NCBI GenBank assembly: GCA_963813155.1
Contig: CAWEYG010000005.1
Coordinates: 128,001-192,000 of the forward strand
DNA from: an uncultured Acidobacteriota bacterium
GTDB lineage: Bacteria > Acidobacteriota > Thermoanaerobaculia > UBA5066 > DATFVB01
Length of the DNA: 64,000 nt
Direction: 5' to 3'
Part shown: in pieces, positions 42,103-52,335 of the stretch
Numbering within the stretch: position 1 is the first letter of the stretch
How the letters are laid out: each line of letters begins with the position of its first letter
The notes under the pieces: model-generated
Databases searched by the model: none
What the model was told of the DNA's origin: nothing
The model's input: the letters and a program-made list of their open reading frames with translations, nothing else
Translations under genes and position numbers: made by a program

Positions 42103-42990
42103 ATGAAGAAGGGCGTGCTCATCTACAACCCCACCGCCGGCCAGAAGGATCGGCGGGGGGCGATGAGCAGCCTGATCGACTCGCTGCGGGGCGAGGGCCT
42201 CGAGCTCGCGAACGCGCCGACGCACGGCCCCGGGCACGCGACGAGGATCGTCCGCGATTTTCTTCCGGCGAATCCGTCGGTCATCGCCGTGTGCGGCGGA
42301 GACGGGACGATCTCGGAAGCCGCCGCCGCGCTGCTCGGGACCGACGTCCCGCTCGCGATCCTTCCGGCCGGAACGTCTAACGTGCTCGCGCTGGAGCTCG
42401 GAATCCCGTTCGAGCTGACGGAGGCCAGGAGACTGATCTTCGACGGGGAGCCGAAAGTCGTTCGGGCCGGAATCGCGAACGAGCGCCCGTTCCTGCTGAT
42501 GGCGGGCGTCGGGTTTGACGCGCGCGTCATGGGGAAGATGAGCCTTTTCCTGAAACGGTGGCTCGGTCGCGCCGGGATCGGGTTCACCGTCGCGCCGGAA
42601 TTCCTGCGCTACGAGTTTCCCAAGCTCGATGTCGAAGTCGACGGCCAGCACCATCCCGCCACTTTTGCGGTCGTCTGCAACTCGAAGCACTATGCCGGCG
42701 ACTGGATCGCGGCGCCGGACGCCTCCGTGGAAGACGACGCGCTCGACACGGTCATTTTCAACTCGCGGAGCCGGCGAGACTTCTCGAAGTTCTTCCTCGG
42801 CATGAAGGCCCGGGACGGCCAGCACTTGCGGGACGGCTACGCGAAGGTCGTGCGCGGCAGCAGCGTGAAGATCACGTCGCTCGAGCCGTACCAGGTCGAG
42901 ACGCAGGTGGACGGCGACTGCGTTCTCGAGACGCCGGTCGAGTGCCGAATCTCGCAGCGCACGCTGAAAGTGCTGGCCCCGCGTGGGTAG
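42103..42990 (+). CDS. Diacylglycerol/lipid kinase family protein (YegS/BmrU-like)
   Basis: IYNPTAG, GGDGTI, LPAGTSN, GVGFDA, QVDGD. Confidence 0.9.
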   Translation: MKKGVLIYNPTAGQKDRRGAMSSLIDSLRGEGLELANAPTHGPGHATRIVRDFLPANPSVIAVCGGDGTISEAAAALLGTDVPLAILPAGTSNVLALELGIPFELTEARRLIFDGEPKVVRAGIANERPFLLMAGVGFDARVMGKMSLFLKRWLGRAGIGFTVAPEFLRYEFPKLDVEVDGQHHPATFAVVCNSKHYAGDWIAAPDASVEDDALDTVIFNSRSRRDFSKFFLGMKARDGQHLRDGYAKVVRGSSVKITSLEPYQVETQVDGDCVLETPVECRISQRTLKVLAPRG

Positions 42991-42999
42991 GTTTCCTCG

Positions 43000-43096
43000 C
43001 CTCTCCCCTTGAGGGAGAGGCCGCCGCGAAGCGGCGGGTGAGGGGGCGCGCCCGGGGCCACCCCTCACCCCAACCCTCTCCCACAGGGGGAGAGGG
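43000..43096. repeat. REP-like palindromic intergenic element between convergent genes
   Basis: Two CCTCTCCC-N-GGGAGAGG hairpins flanking the GGGTGAGGGG/CCCCTCACCC inverted repeat. Confidence 0.75.
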
Positions 43097-43102
43097 AGAA
43101 GA

Positions 43103-44686
43103 TTACCGGCTCGCGACGACAGGCGGCGCGGGCGGGGGCTTCTGGAAGACGGGGTCCTTGAGGTAGAGGAACATCACGGCCATCGAGTCCTGATTTTCCT
43201 TCGACGTGTTGTTGTACGTCGAAATCAGCTCGTAGTGGTGGTCGTGGTAGATCGGCACTCCGGCCTCGCTCGAGAAGGTGTCCACGCGGTCGAGGCCGAT
43301 CCGGTCCACGGGGTTCTTCGCCGTGCTCTTCCACACGCTCTTGTTCGCCGTCTTGTCGTACAGCTCGAGCGATTCGGCGAAGGGGTGCAGGTGCACGGCG
43401 ATGTAATGAATCGTCGTGTCCTGCGAGAGGCGCAGCATCGCGTCGACGGGCGTCCGGTTGACCTCGCGGCCGGGCCCCACGACCCAGTGGCCGGTGAAGG
43501 TCCGGTTGTAGGCGTCGTGGTACTCGTACGACGCGGCGTTCTGCCCGGGCAGGCAGCTCGCCATGTCGTGGCCCTCGTGCGAGGCCGGGTCGATTCCGTA
43601 GCGTCCGTCGGTGGCGGAGAGGACCTTGAGGCCGTAAACCGCGTCTTCGAAAAGCGGAGTCATGGCAAACGGCAGGTCGGCGTCGCGGACGTAACGGATC
43701 CTCGTGCGGTGCCGCACGTTCAGGCCGCAGTCCGCATAGTTGAGGTTCAGGACCTGCGTCGTCAGCGAGAGCTTCTCGTCCGACAGCATCGGGACTCCGA
43801 ACCCGGCCGGGAAGTCGATGTTCATCTGGCCCTGGGAAAGCGTGAACAGACGCGGGTTGACGTCGTGGGAGATCTGCAGCCGGCGCAGATGCTCGCCCGG
43901 ATCGAGGTCCAGGTTGCTGTGGCACATGAACTGGTCGAGGCCGCTCGGGTCGCCGGCGTCGCCCACGACATCGGCCGAGTAGCCGACGATCCAGAGGAGC
44001 TCCGGTGCGCCGGGCTCGAGCGAAACCTGCCTCGTGCTCTGGGGCCCGGTCATCGACCGGTACACTTTGTCGATGTTGTAGTACTCGGAGAGGTCCTCGA
44101 ACGTGCGTTCCCTGGCGGCGATCACCGCGCGCCGGTCGGGCTCGCGCTCGACGCGGGCCTGGACGATCGCGGCGGAAGGCTTCGGAGTTTCCGCGATCTT
44201 TCCGACGGTCTCCATCCCCGAGACGACGCGCCCGAAGACCGTGTACCCGTAGTGCGCGGGGTCGTCGCCCGTGTGGTCCAGATGAGCGTTGTCCTTCAAG
44301 TTCACGTAGAAGTAATTCGCGCCGCTCGCGAGATCGCTTTCTCGCGCAAGCCCGACCGTGCCGGCGAGGTTCTTGAGGCCGTTGGCGGCTTCCGAGGGAA
44401 TCGGCGGAAAAGAGGCGCGGATGCTGCCGTCGGCCCCGCGGCCTCCCGCTTCGATCAGGAAATTCGGCTCGACCCGGTCGAACACGATCCCGTCGTAGTA
44501 GCCGGACCGGACGTACTGAAGGAAATTCTCCACGGTCCGGGGAGCCTCGGAGGCGTACAGCTCGATCTGGATCTTCCCGCGGTCGGTTTCGAGCGAGACG
44601 AGGGGATTCGGGGCGCTTGCGGCCGAGGCCAGGACCGGAAGTGAGAGAAGAAGCAGGACGAAAAGCTGTTTCCGAACGACACACAT
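43103..44686 (-). CDS. Secreted fusion: cyclophilin-like domain plus copper-monooxygenase-like domain
   Basis: Signal peptide; ETDRGKIQIEL..APRTVENF..YTVFGRVVSGM; C-terminal IHYIAVHLHPF...YNN...DSMAVM. Confidence 0.7.
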   Translation of the reverse strand: MCVVRKQLFVLLLLSLPVLASAASAPNPLVSLETDRGKIQIELYASEAPRTVENFLQYVRSGYYDGIVFDRVEPNFLIEAGGRGADGSIRASFPPIPSEAANGLKNLAGTVGLARESDLASGANYFYVNLKDNAHLDHTGDDPAHYGYTVFGRVVSGMETVGKIAETPKPSAAIVQARVEREPDRRAVIAARERTFEDLSEYYNIDKVYRSMTGPQSTRQVSLEPGAPELLWIVGYSADVVGDAGDPSGLDQFMCHSNLDLDPGEHLRRLQISHDVNPRLFTLSQGQMNIDFPAGFGVPMLSDEKLSLTTQVLNLNYADCGLNVRHRTRIRYVRDADLPFAMTPLFEDAVYGLKVLSATDGRYGIDPASHEGHDMASCLPGQNAASYEYHDAYNRTFTGHWVVGPGREVNRTPVDAMLRLSQDTTIHYIAVHLHPFAESLELYDKTANKSVWKSTAKNPVDRIGLDRVDTFSSEAGVPIYHDHHYELISTYNNTSKENQDSMAVMFLYLKDPVFQKPPPAPPVVASR

Positions 44687-44703
44687 GGCAGAGCTCCCAA
44701 AAA

Positions 44704-45813
44704 TCATGTTATACCCAACAGCGCCCCCAGGATCCCCATTCCCCCGAAAAACACGAAATTGACGGCCGTGAAACGTCGAAAGAACACCGGATCGGGGCCC
44801 GACTCGCGGCGATAGATCTGCCACCCGAGGAGGTTCGCGAGCGAGGCGACGATCGTTCCGCATCCTCCCGCGTTGACGGCGTACAGGAGCGTTCGAAATC
44901 TCCCGCCCGCGAGGGGAGCGAGAAGAACGGCGGCCGGAACGTTGGATATCGCCTGCGGAAAGAGAGCTCCCGCGAGGTAGAGCTTGAGCCCGGGGCTGCC
45001 CGGCAGCCGGGCATACGCCCCCGAGAAATTCCCGGAGTGGAGCGCCGCGATGTCGATGAAGACGAAGAAGAAGAGAGCGACGATCGAAAAGTCGGTCCGA
45101 AGGACGCGGGCACCGAGCACGATCAGCGCGGCAAGCAGCGCAAACGCGACCGGGAACCATTGCGGGACGAGCCCGCCGATCTCGAGCACGACGAGGCTCA
45201 CTCCGAGGGATCCGAGGAAGGCGCCCGGCAGCCCGACTTCCGGCACGGGGGACTCGGCCGGCTGGATCGCGCGGCGCGGTTCCATGACGAAGAGAGCGAG
45301 AAGGAGAAGCGCCGCGGAGGCCGCGACGAACGGGGCCATCTCGGCGATGAATCGCGCCGAGCTCATCCCGGCGAGCCGAAAGAGAAACAGATTTTGCGGG
45401 TTGCCGATCGGAGTGAGGCAGCCAAGCAGGTTCGCGGCGATCACTTCCAGGATCACGGCGTTGCGAACGCGAAAATTCGAGTGCCGCCCCGCCGCGACCG
45501 TGATCGGGATCACGACGAAAAGCGCCACGTCGTTTGTCACCGCCGCCGCGAGACCGCCGGACAGGACGATGAGCGCGAAGCCGAGCGACCGGGCGCGAAC
45601 GAACCGCGAGACGGCCTTTCGGACCAGCGCGTCGAGCAGCCGGGAATCGCGCACCATCTCGACCGAAAGGAGAAGCGCGAAGAGCGTCGAGAGGAGGCGC
45701 CAGTCCTCGAGGGACGAGATTCGCCCGGCGGGGACGCGGCCCGAACCGACCGCGGCAACGGCGAGAATCGCCGCGGCGGCGAGAAAGGCGTGCCGGCGAA
45801 GCGCTTCGAGCAC
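44704..45813 (-). CDS. SLC13/ArsB-NhaD (YbiR-like) anion permease
   Basis: TNDVALF, AANLLGCLTPIGNPQNL, ISNVPA, SLANL. Confidence 0.85.
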   Translation of the reverse strand: MLEALRRHAFLAAAAILAVAAVGSGRVPAGRISSLEDWRLLSTLFALLLSVEMVRDSRLLDALVRKAVSRFVRARSLGFALIVLSGGLAAAVTNDVALFVVIPITVAAGRHSNFRVRNAVILEVIAANLLGCLTPIGNPQNLFLFRLAGMSSARFIAEMAPFVAASAALLLLALFVMEPRRAIQPAESPVPEVGLPGAFLGSLGVSLVVLEIGGLVPQWFPVAFALLAALIVLGARVLRTDFSIVALFFFVFIDIAALHSGNFSGAYARLPGSPGLKLYLAGALFPQAISNVPAAVLLAPLAGGRFRTLLYAVNAGGCGTIVASLANLLGWQIYRRESGPDPVFFRRFTAVNFVFFGGMGILGALLGIT

Positions 45814-45837
45814 GCGCGAATGGTAGGATGCCTGACG

Positions 45838-47979
45838 TTGGCGCGCCACAGGAACGCGGAATCGACCGGACCCCGCGGCCTCGACGCCGTGTTCCGGCCC
45901 CGGTCGGTCGCGGTCGTGGGGGCATCGACGCGCGCCCACTCGATCGGGGGAAATCTCCTCTCGAACCTGTTCCGCTCCGGTTTCACGGGAAAGATCTTTC
46001 CGATCAACCCGCACGCCGAGGTCCTCCATTCGGTGAAGTGCTACGCCTCGGTTCGGTCGGTGCCGGACGAAATCGACTGCGCGATCGTGTCCGTTCCGAA
46101 AGAACGAGTCCTCGAAGTCGTTTCCGAGTGCGGCCGCAAGGGAGTGCGCGGGCTCGTCGTCATCACGGCCGGCTTCAAAGAGATCGGTTCTGCGGGCGCG
46201 GCGCTTGAGGAGCGGCTGAAGAAGCTCGTCGCGCGGCACGGGATGCGGATGATCGGACCCAACTGCATGGGCGTCATCAACGCGGAGCCGGAATATTCGA
46301 TGGACGCGACGTTTTCTCCCACGCCCGCTTCGTTCGGCCCGCTCGCGTTCGCTTCCCAGTCGGGCGCGCTGGGGGTCGCGATCCTGAACGTCGCGGAGGC
46401 GCTGAAGCTCGGCTTCACGCAGTTCGTGTCGATGGGGAACAAGGCGAACGTGTCCTCCAACGACATGCTCGAATACTGGGAGAACGATCCGCGCACGAAG
46501 ATCATCGCGCTCTACCTCGAGTCGTTCGGCAACCCGCGGCGGTTCGTCGAGATTACGCGGCGCATCTCGAAGAAGAAGCCGATCCTCGTCGTCAAGTCCG
46601 GCCGGACGGTCGCGGGCGCCCGCGCCGCGTCTTCCCACACGGGCGCGCTCGCCGGCTCCGAAGTCGCCATCGACGCCATTCTCGAGAGCTGCGGCGTGAC
46701 CCGGTCCGAGACCATCGAGGACCTCTTCGATCTCGCGGCCGCTCTCGCTTCGCAGCCCCTTCCGAAAGGGGACCGGGTCGCGATTCTCACGAACGCCGGC
46801 GGGCCCGCCATCATGGCGACCGACGCCGCCGTCCAGTACGGGCTGCGGCTCTCGGAGCTCTCCGCCCGGACCCGGAAGCGCCTTTCGTCTTTTCTGCCGC
46901 CCGAAGCCTCCGTCGCGAACCCGGTCGACATGATCGCTTCGGCGACCGACGTGAACTACGGGAGGGCGGCTTCGATTCTTCTCGAAGATCCCAACGTGGA
47001 CGGCCTTCTCGTGATCAACGTCACGCCCGTGCTCTACGGGCCAAGGTCCGTCTGGGACGCGCTTCTCGCCTCGACGCGCGGCGCGAAGAAGCCCGTTCTT
47101 TCCGTGTTCATGGCGAACGAGGAGTTCTACGACGAGGCCCGCTCGATGCCCGCTCATCCCCCGATCTACCGGTTTCCCGAGCCGGCCGCCCGCGTGCTGT
47201 CGGAGATGTGGAAGATCGGAAAATGGCAGAAAAAACCGCGGGGCGTCGCGCCCCGCTTCGCGATCCGGAAGGCCGCGATCCGCCGGATCCTCGACCGCCG
47301 CAGGCGCCGGGGGGGCGGGTATCTCGATCCCGACGCGGCGTTCTCGGTGCTCGAGGCGGCGGGCATCCCGGCCGCGCGGCCCGCCTTCGTGCGGCGCGAG
47401 TCGCAGTTGATAGCCCGGGCGGCCGAGGTCGGCTACCCGCTCGTCCTGAAAGCCGCCGGCGAAAAGATCGTGCACAAGTCCGACGTCGGCGGAGTCGCGA
47501 CGGGGCTGCGCAACGCAAAGGACCTGGCCGCCGCGCTCGCCCGGATGAAGAAGGATCTCGAACGCCACGGCGCGGCCGACGAGCTCGAGGGGTTCATCCT
47601 CCAGCGCGAGGCGCGCGGACGCGAGCTCGTCGTCGGGGCGACGAACGACCCGCGGATCGGGCCGCTCGTTATGTTCGGCCTCGGAGGGCGCTACGTCGAG
47701 GTCTTCAAGGACGTGAAGTTCCTGCTCCCGCCGGTCACCCGCGAGGACGTCCTCGAGGCCCTTTCGCAGTTGAAGGCGGGCAAGCTCCTCGGGGGCGTTC
47801 GCGGGGAGCGGCCGGGCGACACTGCATTTCTCGTCGAGACGGTGCTTCGCGTCTGCCGGCTTGCCTTCGAGTTCCCGGAGATCGCCGAGATGGACATCAA
47901 TCCCCTGTTCGTCGCGGACCGCGGCCGCCGCGGCGTCGCTGTCGACACGAGGATCCGCGTCGCCGGCCCGGGAGCCTGA
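45838..47979 (+). CDS. Acetate--CoA ligase (ADP-forming) family, alpha/beta fusion
   Basis: PRSVAVVGAS, IGPNCMG, SQSGA, SSHTGALAG, HKSDVGGV, EMDINPL. Confidence 0.93.
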   Translation: MARHRNAESTGPRGLDAVFRPRSVAVVGASTRAHSIGGNLLSNLFRSGFTGKIFPINPHAEVLHSVKCYASVRSVPDEIDCAIVSVPKERVLEVVSECGRKGVRGLVVITAGFKEIGSAGAALEERLKKLVARHGMRMIGPNCMGVINAEPEYSMDATFSPTPASFGPLAFASQSGALGVAILNVAEALKLGFTQFVSMGNKANVSSNDMLEYWENDPRTKIIALYLESFGNPRRFVEITRRISKKKPILVVKSGRTVAGARAASSHTGALAGSEVAIDAILESCGVTRSETIEDLFDLAAALASQPLPKGDRVAILTNAGGPAIMATDAAVQYGLRLSELSARTRKRLSSFLPPEASVANPVDMIASATDVNYGRAASILLEDPNVDGLLVINVTPVLYGPRSVWDALLASTRGAKKPVLSVFMANEEFYDEARSMPAHPPIYRFPEPAARVLSEMWKIGKWQKKPRGVAPRFAIRKAAIRRILDRRRRRGGGYLDPDAAFSVLEAAGIPAARPAFVRRESQLIARAAEVGYPLVLKAAGEKIVHKSDVGGVATGLRNAKDLAAALARMKKDLERHGAADELEGFILQREARGRELVVGATNDPRIGPLVMFGLGGRYVEVFKDVKFLLPPVTREDVLEALSQLKAGKLLGGVRGERPGDTAFLVETVLRVCRLAFEFPEIAEMDINPLFVADRGRRGVAVDTRIRVAGPGA

Positions 47980-48023
47980 AAGCTCGATTGGATAAGCCGG
48001 CCCCGGCGGCCGTAGAACCGGCA

Positions 48024-49448
48024 GTGGTGAGAGTTTCACCGAGAGTCTGGGCGGCGATCGCGCTTCTCGCGGCCGCGGTTCGCGTCTATCGCCTCGACCA
48101 CTTTTCCTACTGGCTCGACGAGGTCCTTCAGGCCTACGCGATTCACGATTCCTGGCGCGGGCTGTGGGCCTCTCTCCGGTGGCAGGGGCTCCAGGCGCCG
48201 CTGGACTACGTCGTTGGAAAACTGGTCGACGGCGCCGGTCCTTCGGATGCCGTTCGAAGGCTCCCGGCCGTGCTGTGGGGCACCGGTACCGTGGTCGCGA
48301 TGGGCCAGCTCGTCGCGCGGCGGGCGGGGCACGTGGCGGGCATCGTCACGGCCGCGCTCCTGGCTCTCTCGCCCTTCCACGTTCACTATTCGCAGGAGCT
48401 GCGCCCGTATTCGCTCGGGCTCTTTCTGCTCGCGCTCTCGCTCCTCTCGCTCGATCGTTATCTCGCCGTGCCCGATCCGGGGCGCCTCGCGGCTCTCTAT
48501 CTTTCGTGTCTCGCGACGGCGTACGCGCTCTACGTGTCGGCCTCGGTTCTCGCTGTCGCCGCGGGAGCGCTCGTCGTCGAAGACGTCTTCGCGTCCGAGG
48601 TCTGCCGGCGCCGAGCGGCGCGCCGATTCCTGAGAATGAGCCCGCTGTTCGCCGCGGCCCTCTGGCTCGGATACCTTCCGTGGTGGCGCACCTTCCTGAT
48701 CGGGTTGAGAAGCCCGGCGGTCGGCACTGTCCCGGCGTTTTCCGCGGCGCGAGTCGTTCGGTTTTTCTCTTTCTTCGGTTTCGGCCATTCCGATTGGCAG
48801 CCGCTCGGGGTCCCCGGCTTTCTGTTCCTCGGGGGCACGATCCTCGGGGCGGCGCTCGCCGGTCGAAAAGAGGGCGCCCGCTTCCTCCTCGCCTGGTCCG
48901 CCGGTGGGCTCGGTTTGATCGAGGCGATGGAGCATCGGCACCCGGTTTTCGATTCGATCTTCCACTACCTTCCGGCGGGGGTCTCCCTGGTCGTGCTCTT
49001 TTCGATCGCTCTCGCGTGGCTCTTGAGCCGGCCGAGATGGCTCGGTGCCGGCGTGGCGTTGCTGCTGCTCTCTTTCTCGTTCGAGATCGCTTCGCTCTCG
49101 GCGTACTTTCGAAGCGGCCGGCCGGACTGGAGGCCGGCGGCGGCGTTCCTGCTCGCGCATCACGGGAACGACCGCATCGTCACGGACAGCCAGTGGACGC
49201 AGCTGTGCGTGGCGTATTACGTCTTCGGGCCCGGATGGCTGTGTTGCGGGGGCGGTCATGGGATCGTCTCTCTCGCAGGCGACCCGGCGCCGATCGCGTG
49301 GCTTCAGGAGCCGGGAAAAAGTCTCTGGCTCGTGACCTCGAACGCGGCGGGAAACTCCGCGCGGCTGACCCGGCTCGCGGAAAGCCTCGCCGTGGCCCGT
49401 TTCCCCCGCGCGGAAGACGCGATCGTCGCGAGAATTCCTTCGCGGTGA
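48024..49448 (+). CDS. GT-C (family 39/PMT-like) membrane glycosyltransferase
   Basis: SYWLDE, APLDY, RLPAVLWG, YSQELRPYS; many TM segments. Confidence 0.8.
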   Translation: MVRVSPRVWAAIALLAAAVRVYRLDHFSYWLDEVLQAYAIHDSWRGLWASLRWQGLQAPLDYVVGKLVDGAGPSDAVRRLPAVLWGTGTVVAMGQLVARRAGHVAGIVTAALLALSPFHVHYSQELRPYSLGLFLLALSLLSLDRYLAVPDPGRLAALYLSCLATAYALYVSASVLAVAAGALVVEDVFASEVCRRRAARRFLRMSPLFAAALWLGYLPWWRTFLIGLRSPAVGTVPAFSAARVVRFFSFFGFGHSDWQPLGVPGFLFLGGTILGAALAGRKEGARFLLAWSAGGLGLIEAMEHRHPVFDSIFHYLPAGVSLVVLFSIALAWLLSRPRWLGAGVALLLLSFSFEIASLSAYFRSGRPDWRPAAAFLLAHHGNDRIVTDSQWTQLCVAYYVFGPGWLCCGGGHGIVSLAGDPAPIAWLQEPGKSLWLVTSNAAGNSARLTRLAESLAVARFPRAEDAIVARIPSR

Positions 49449-49464
49449 CGAAGCGGAGAACCGT

Positions 49465-51384
49465 TCAGGCGCTGCGGAGTTTCCAATAGACCGCGTACCG
49501 CTCGTCGAAGATCGAGGCGAGCGGCGAGAGGCGAATCTCTTGCTTCTTGCCGGCGGCGAGCCCTTCCGCCCGGAACTCGAGCGGCTTCCCGGCTGAGTGC
49601 ATCGAGGTGGCCGGGTCGCCCGGCCCGAGAGACAGCTCCGGCGCGGACACGGCGTCGACCCTGTACTCCGGAACGGTGCGGGGTTTCGTCGGCTCGGCGC
49701 GAAGGGTCGCAGAAGTGAGCCCTTCGGTTCCGAGCCGTCCGGCGAGCACGATCGGCCCGTACATCGCCGCGGCGGTCGCCGGGTCGTCGGGCGCTCGCTC
49801 GATCCGAAGCGCCATCGGCAGCCGGAGCTCGACGCGGTCCCCGTTGCTCCAGATCCGGTCGAGAACGAAGGAACCGCCGGGCGCGGCAAAGCCGTCCAGA
49901 GCCCGGCCGTTGAGCCGGACCCCGGCCCCCTTTTCCGTCCAGGAAGGAACTCGCACGCGGACCTCGGCCCGAACCGGGCGGAGCGTTCGAAACGTGAAGG
50001 ACGTGGAGGATTCCTCGGGGAACCGCGTTTCCTGGACGACCCGGAGTCCCTTCTCCTTCCAGTCGAGCTCCGACGAGACGAACTGGTCCACCATCAAAGC
50101 GTCGCCCGCATGAAAGTAGACGCCCTCCCCGAGCTTCGCGAACGACTCGCTGCCAGTGCCCGTGCAGCACCAGAAGTCGTGGAGAGGCGTCCCAAAGAGC
50201 TTCCAGTAGCCGGACGCGAGCGGCACGTAGTAGAGCTTCGAGCCGTCGGCCGGGTGCTGCGTCCCGAGAATGCCGTTCCACATCGCCCGTTCGGTGTACT
50301 CGGCGCAGGCGGGGTCTCCCGTCCACGCGCGAACGTGCCGCGCGAGCTTCAGCAGGTTGTAGGTCACGCAGCACTCCTGCGTGTAGCCGGACAGCTCGGA
50401 GGCGACGGCGCCCGGCTCGGCGTTCCAGCTCTCGCCGTTGCTCGTTCCTCCGGTGCAGTACGCGCGGCGGCTGACGACCTCGCGCCAGAAGTATTCGGCG
50501 ATCCGGCGATCCCGCGCGTCGCCGATCAGCTCGTAGCGGCGCGCCGCGCCGAGGATCTTCGGGATCGTCGTGTTCGCGTGAAGGCCTTTCAGCTCGTCGC
50601 GCCCTTCGGCGAGGGGGGCGAAGATCCTCTCGTGGTCGAACCGGTGCGCGAGCTCCCGGTGGGCCTCGTCTCCCGTGATCACCGACAGGTTGTACAGCGC
50701 CTCGTTCATTCCCCCGTACTCGCGCTCGAGCACTCGCGCCATTGCCGCGTCCCCGAGCGGCTGTGTCCAGCGCGAGATCCAGGATGTCAACCCGGCGGCC
50801 ACTTCGAGCGCCCGGGCGTTTCCCGCCAACGTGTGCATGTCGAGAAGTCCCGCGAGAATCTTGTGGAGCGTGTAGAACGGCGCCCAGACGCGCTGGTCCG
50901 CCCGGAGACGGTCGAAGAGTTCTTCCGGAAAAGCCGAGAGATAGCCGTTCCCGTGCTCTTTCTGGCAATGCGCGAGCTCCTCGACGATCCGGTCTCCGCG
51001 CACTTTCGCTTCGTCGTCGGCGAAGCCCGCGGCGCGCATCGCGCAGGCCGAAAGGTAATGTCCCGTGAAGTGGCCGCGCAGCTCGTTGTCCGGCGCCTCC
51101 CACCCTCCGAGCGGGGCGGCGTCGGAGCCCAGACCGGCGGTTACGCGGAACATGTGGAGCAGCCGGCTGGGTTCGAGATTCATCAGGAAGCGTCGGTTCA
51201 CTTCCGCCGCGTCGAGGAACGGCCCGGGCAGGAGCCGCACGCGGGACAGGCCGAAGGGAGAAAAGGGAACGCGGCTTTCCGGTCCCGCCGCCGGGATCGC
51301 CGCGGCGATCCGGGAGAGCGGCAGGGCGGCGACCGCCGCCGCGGCCGAGCCGACGAATTCCCGGCGAGTGAGGCCCCTCTTCAC
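49465..51384 (-). CDS. GH127/GH146 beta-L-arabinofuranosidase-like glycoside hydrolase (Tat signal)
   Basis: TRREFV; GGWE, GHFTGHYLSA, EYGGMNE, HANTTIP, ECCVTYN, FWCCTGTG. Confidence 0.9.
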   Translation of the reverse strand: MKRGLTRREFVGSAAAAVAALPLSRIAAAIPAAGPESRVPFSPFGLSRVRLLPGPFLDAAEVNRRFLMNLEPSRLLHMFRVTAGLGSDAAPLGGWEAPDNELRGHFTGHYLSACAMRAAGFADDEAKVRGDRIVEELAHCQKEHGNGYLSAFPEELFDRLRADQRVWAPFYTLHKILAGLLDMHTLAGNARALEVAAGLTSWISRWTQPLGDAAMARVLEREYGGMNEALYNLSVITGDEAHRELAHRFDHERIFAPLAEGRDELKGLHANTTIPKILGAARRYELIGDARDRRIAEYFWREVVSRRAYCTGGTSNGESWNAEPGAVASELSGYTQECCVTYNLLKLARHVRAWTGDPACAEYTERAMWNGILGTQHPADGSKLYYVPLASGYWKLFGTPLHDFWCCTGTGSESFAKLGEGVYFHAGDALMVDQFVSSELDWKEKGLRVVQETRFPEESSTSFTFRTLRPVRAEVRVRVPSWTEKGAGVRLNGRALDGFAAPGGSFVLDRIWSNGDRVELRLPMALRIERAPDDPATAAAMYGPIVLAGRLGTEGLTSATLRAEPTKPRTVPEYRVDAVSAPELSLGPGDPATSMHSAGKPLEFRAEGLAAGKKQEIRLSPLASIFDERYAVYWKLRSA

Positions 51385-51418
51385 GAAGGGAGTCTACGCC
51401 GGCCGGGGGAGAGGTCTG

Positions 51419-52327
51419 CTAGGGCTTGCCCGTCGCGGGCAGGGTCTCGTAGACGGTCCGAACGAAAGCGTCGGCCTTGACGAAGCCGTTTGCCCATTTC
51501 GCGTCCAGCGAAGCCGTTGGCCGGGCGGCCACGACGTCTTCCTCCGAATCTCCCTGCGCCTTCATGCGGGCGATCCGTTCCCGCGCCTGCTTCAACATCT
51601 CTCCGAACGCCGCGAGCTCGCCGCGGGTGCCGAGGATGCCGTGTCCCGGCACGATCTTTGTCGCGGGGCCGGCCAGGTTCAATCCTTCTTCGACCGCCGC
51701 GATGTAGCCGTCGATCGTCCCGCCCGTTCCCGTGTCGAGGATCGGATACATACCGTTGAAGAAGCAGTCGCCCATGTGGAGAACGTCGGCCTGGAGGAAG
51801 TGGACGAGCACATCGCCGTCGGTGTGCGCGTTTTTCACGTGGATCAGGTGGATCGTCTCGCCGTTCAAGTGCAGCGTCGCCCGGTCGTTGAACGTCACGA
51901 CGGGCAGCGCCCCTTTCGGCGAGGCGGGGACCGTCCGGTTCAGGTGCTTGATGAACTGTTCCGTGCTCATCCGCTGGTACACGTTGTCCTGCGCGACGAC
52001 GACCGCGCCGTCGGCCGCGAACTTGAGGTTCCCGCCCGTGTGATCGCCGTGCCAGTGCGTGTTGAGCACGAAGCGAAGAGGACGGTCGGAGAGCTTCGCG
52101 ATCGCGGCCTTGATCTTGTCGTGGAGCGGCTCGAACTGGTCGTCCACGAGGATGACGCCGTCGTCGCCCGCGGACACGACGACGTTGCCGCCCGCGCCGG
52201 CGAGCATCGCGAGGCCGTGGCCGAGCGGGGTCGTCACGACCTGGACCTTTTCGAAATCGGTCTGCGCGAACGAATATCCCGCGAGGACGAAGAAGGCGGC
52301 AAGAGAACCGGCGAGCGTCCTTTTCAC
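51419..52327 (-). CDS. Secreted MBL-fold metallo-hydrolase (cyclase-like)
   Basis: NTHWHGDHTGGN, AHTDGD, HMGD, PGHG. Confidence 0.9.
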   Translation of the reverse strand: MKRTLAGSLAAFFVLAGYSFAQTDFEKVQVVTTPLGHGLAMLAGAGGNVVVSAGDDGVILVDDQFEPLHDKIKAAIAKLSDRPLRFVLNTHWHGDHTGGNLKFAADGAVVVAQDNVYQRMSTEQFIKHLNRTVPASPKGALPVVTFNDRATLHLNGETIHLIHVKNAHTDGDVLVHFLQADVLHMGDCFFNGMYPILDTGTGGTIDGYIAAVEEGLNLAGPATKIVPGHGILGTRGELAAFGEMLKQARERIARMKAQGDSEEDVVAARPTASLDAKWANGFVKADAFVRTVYETLPATGKP

Positions 52328-52335
52328 GCTGCGGC

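Noticed and set aside
44704-48039. Very long alternative ORFs (e.g. 1111 aa minus strand, 1057 aa at 37308, 812 aa at 2450)
   Set aside because: Shadow ORFs or upstream extensions expected at high GC; they are Arg/Pro/Gly-rich and overlap well-supported genes.
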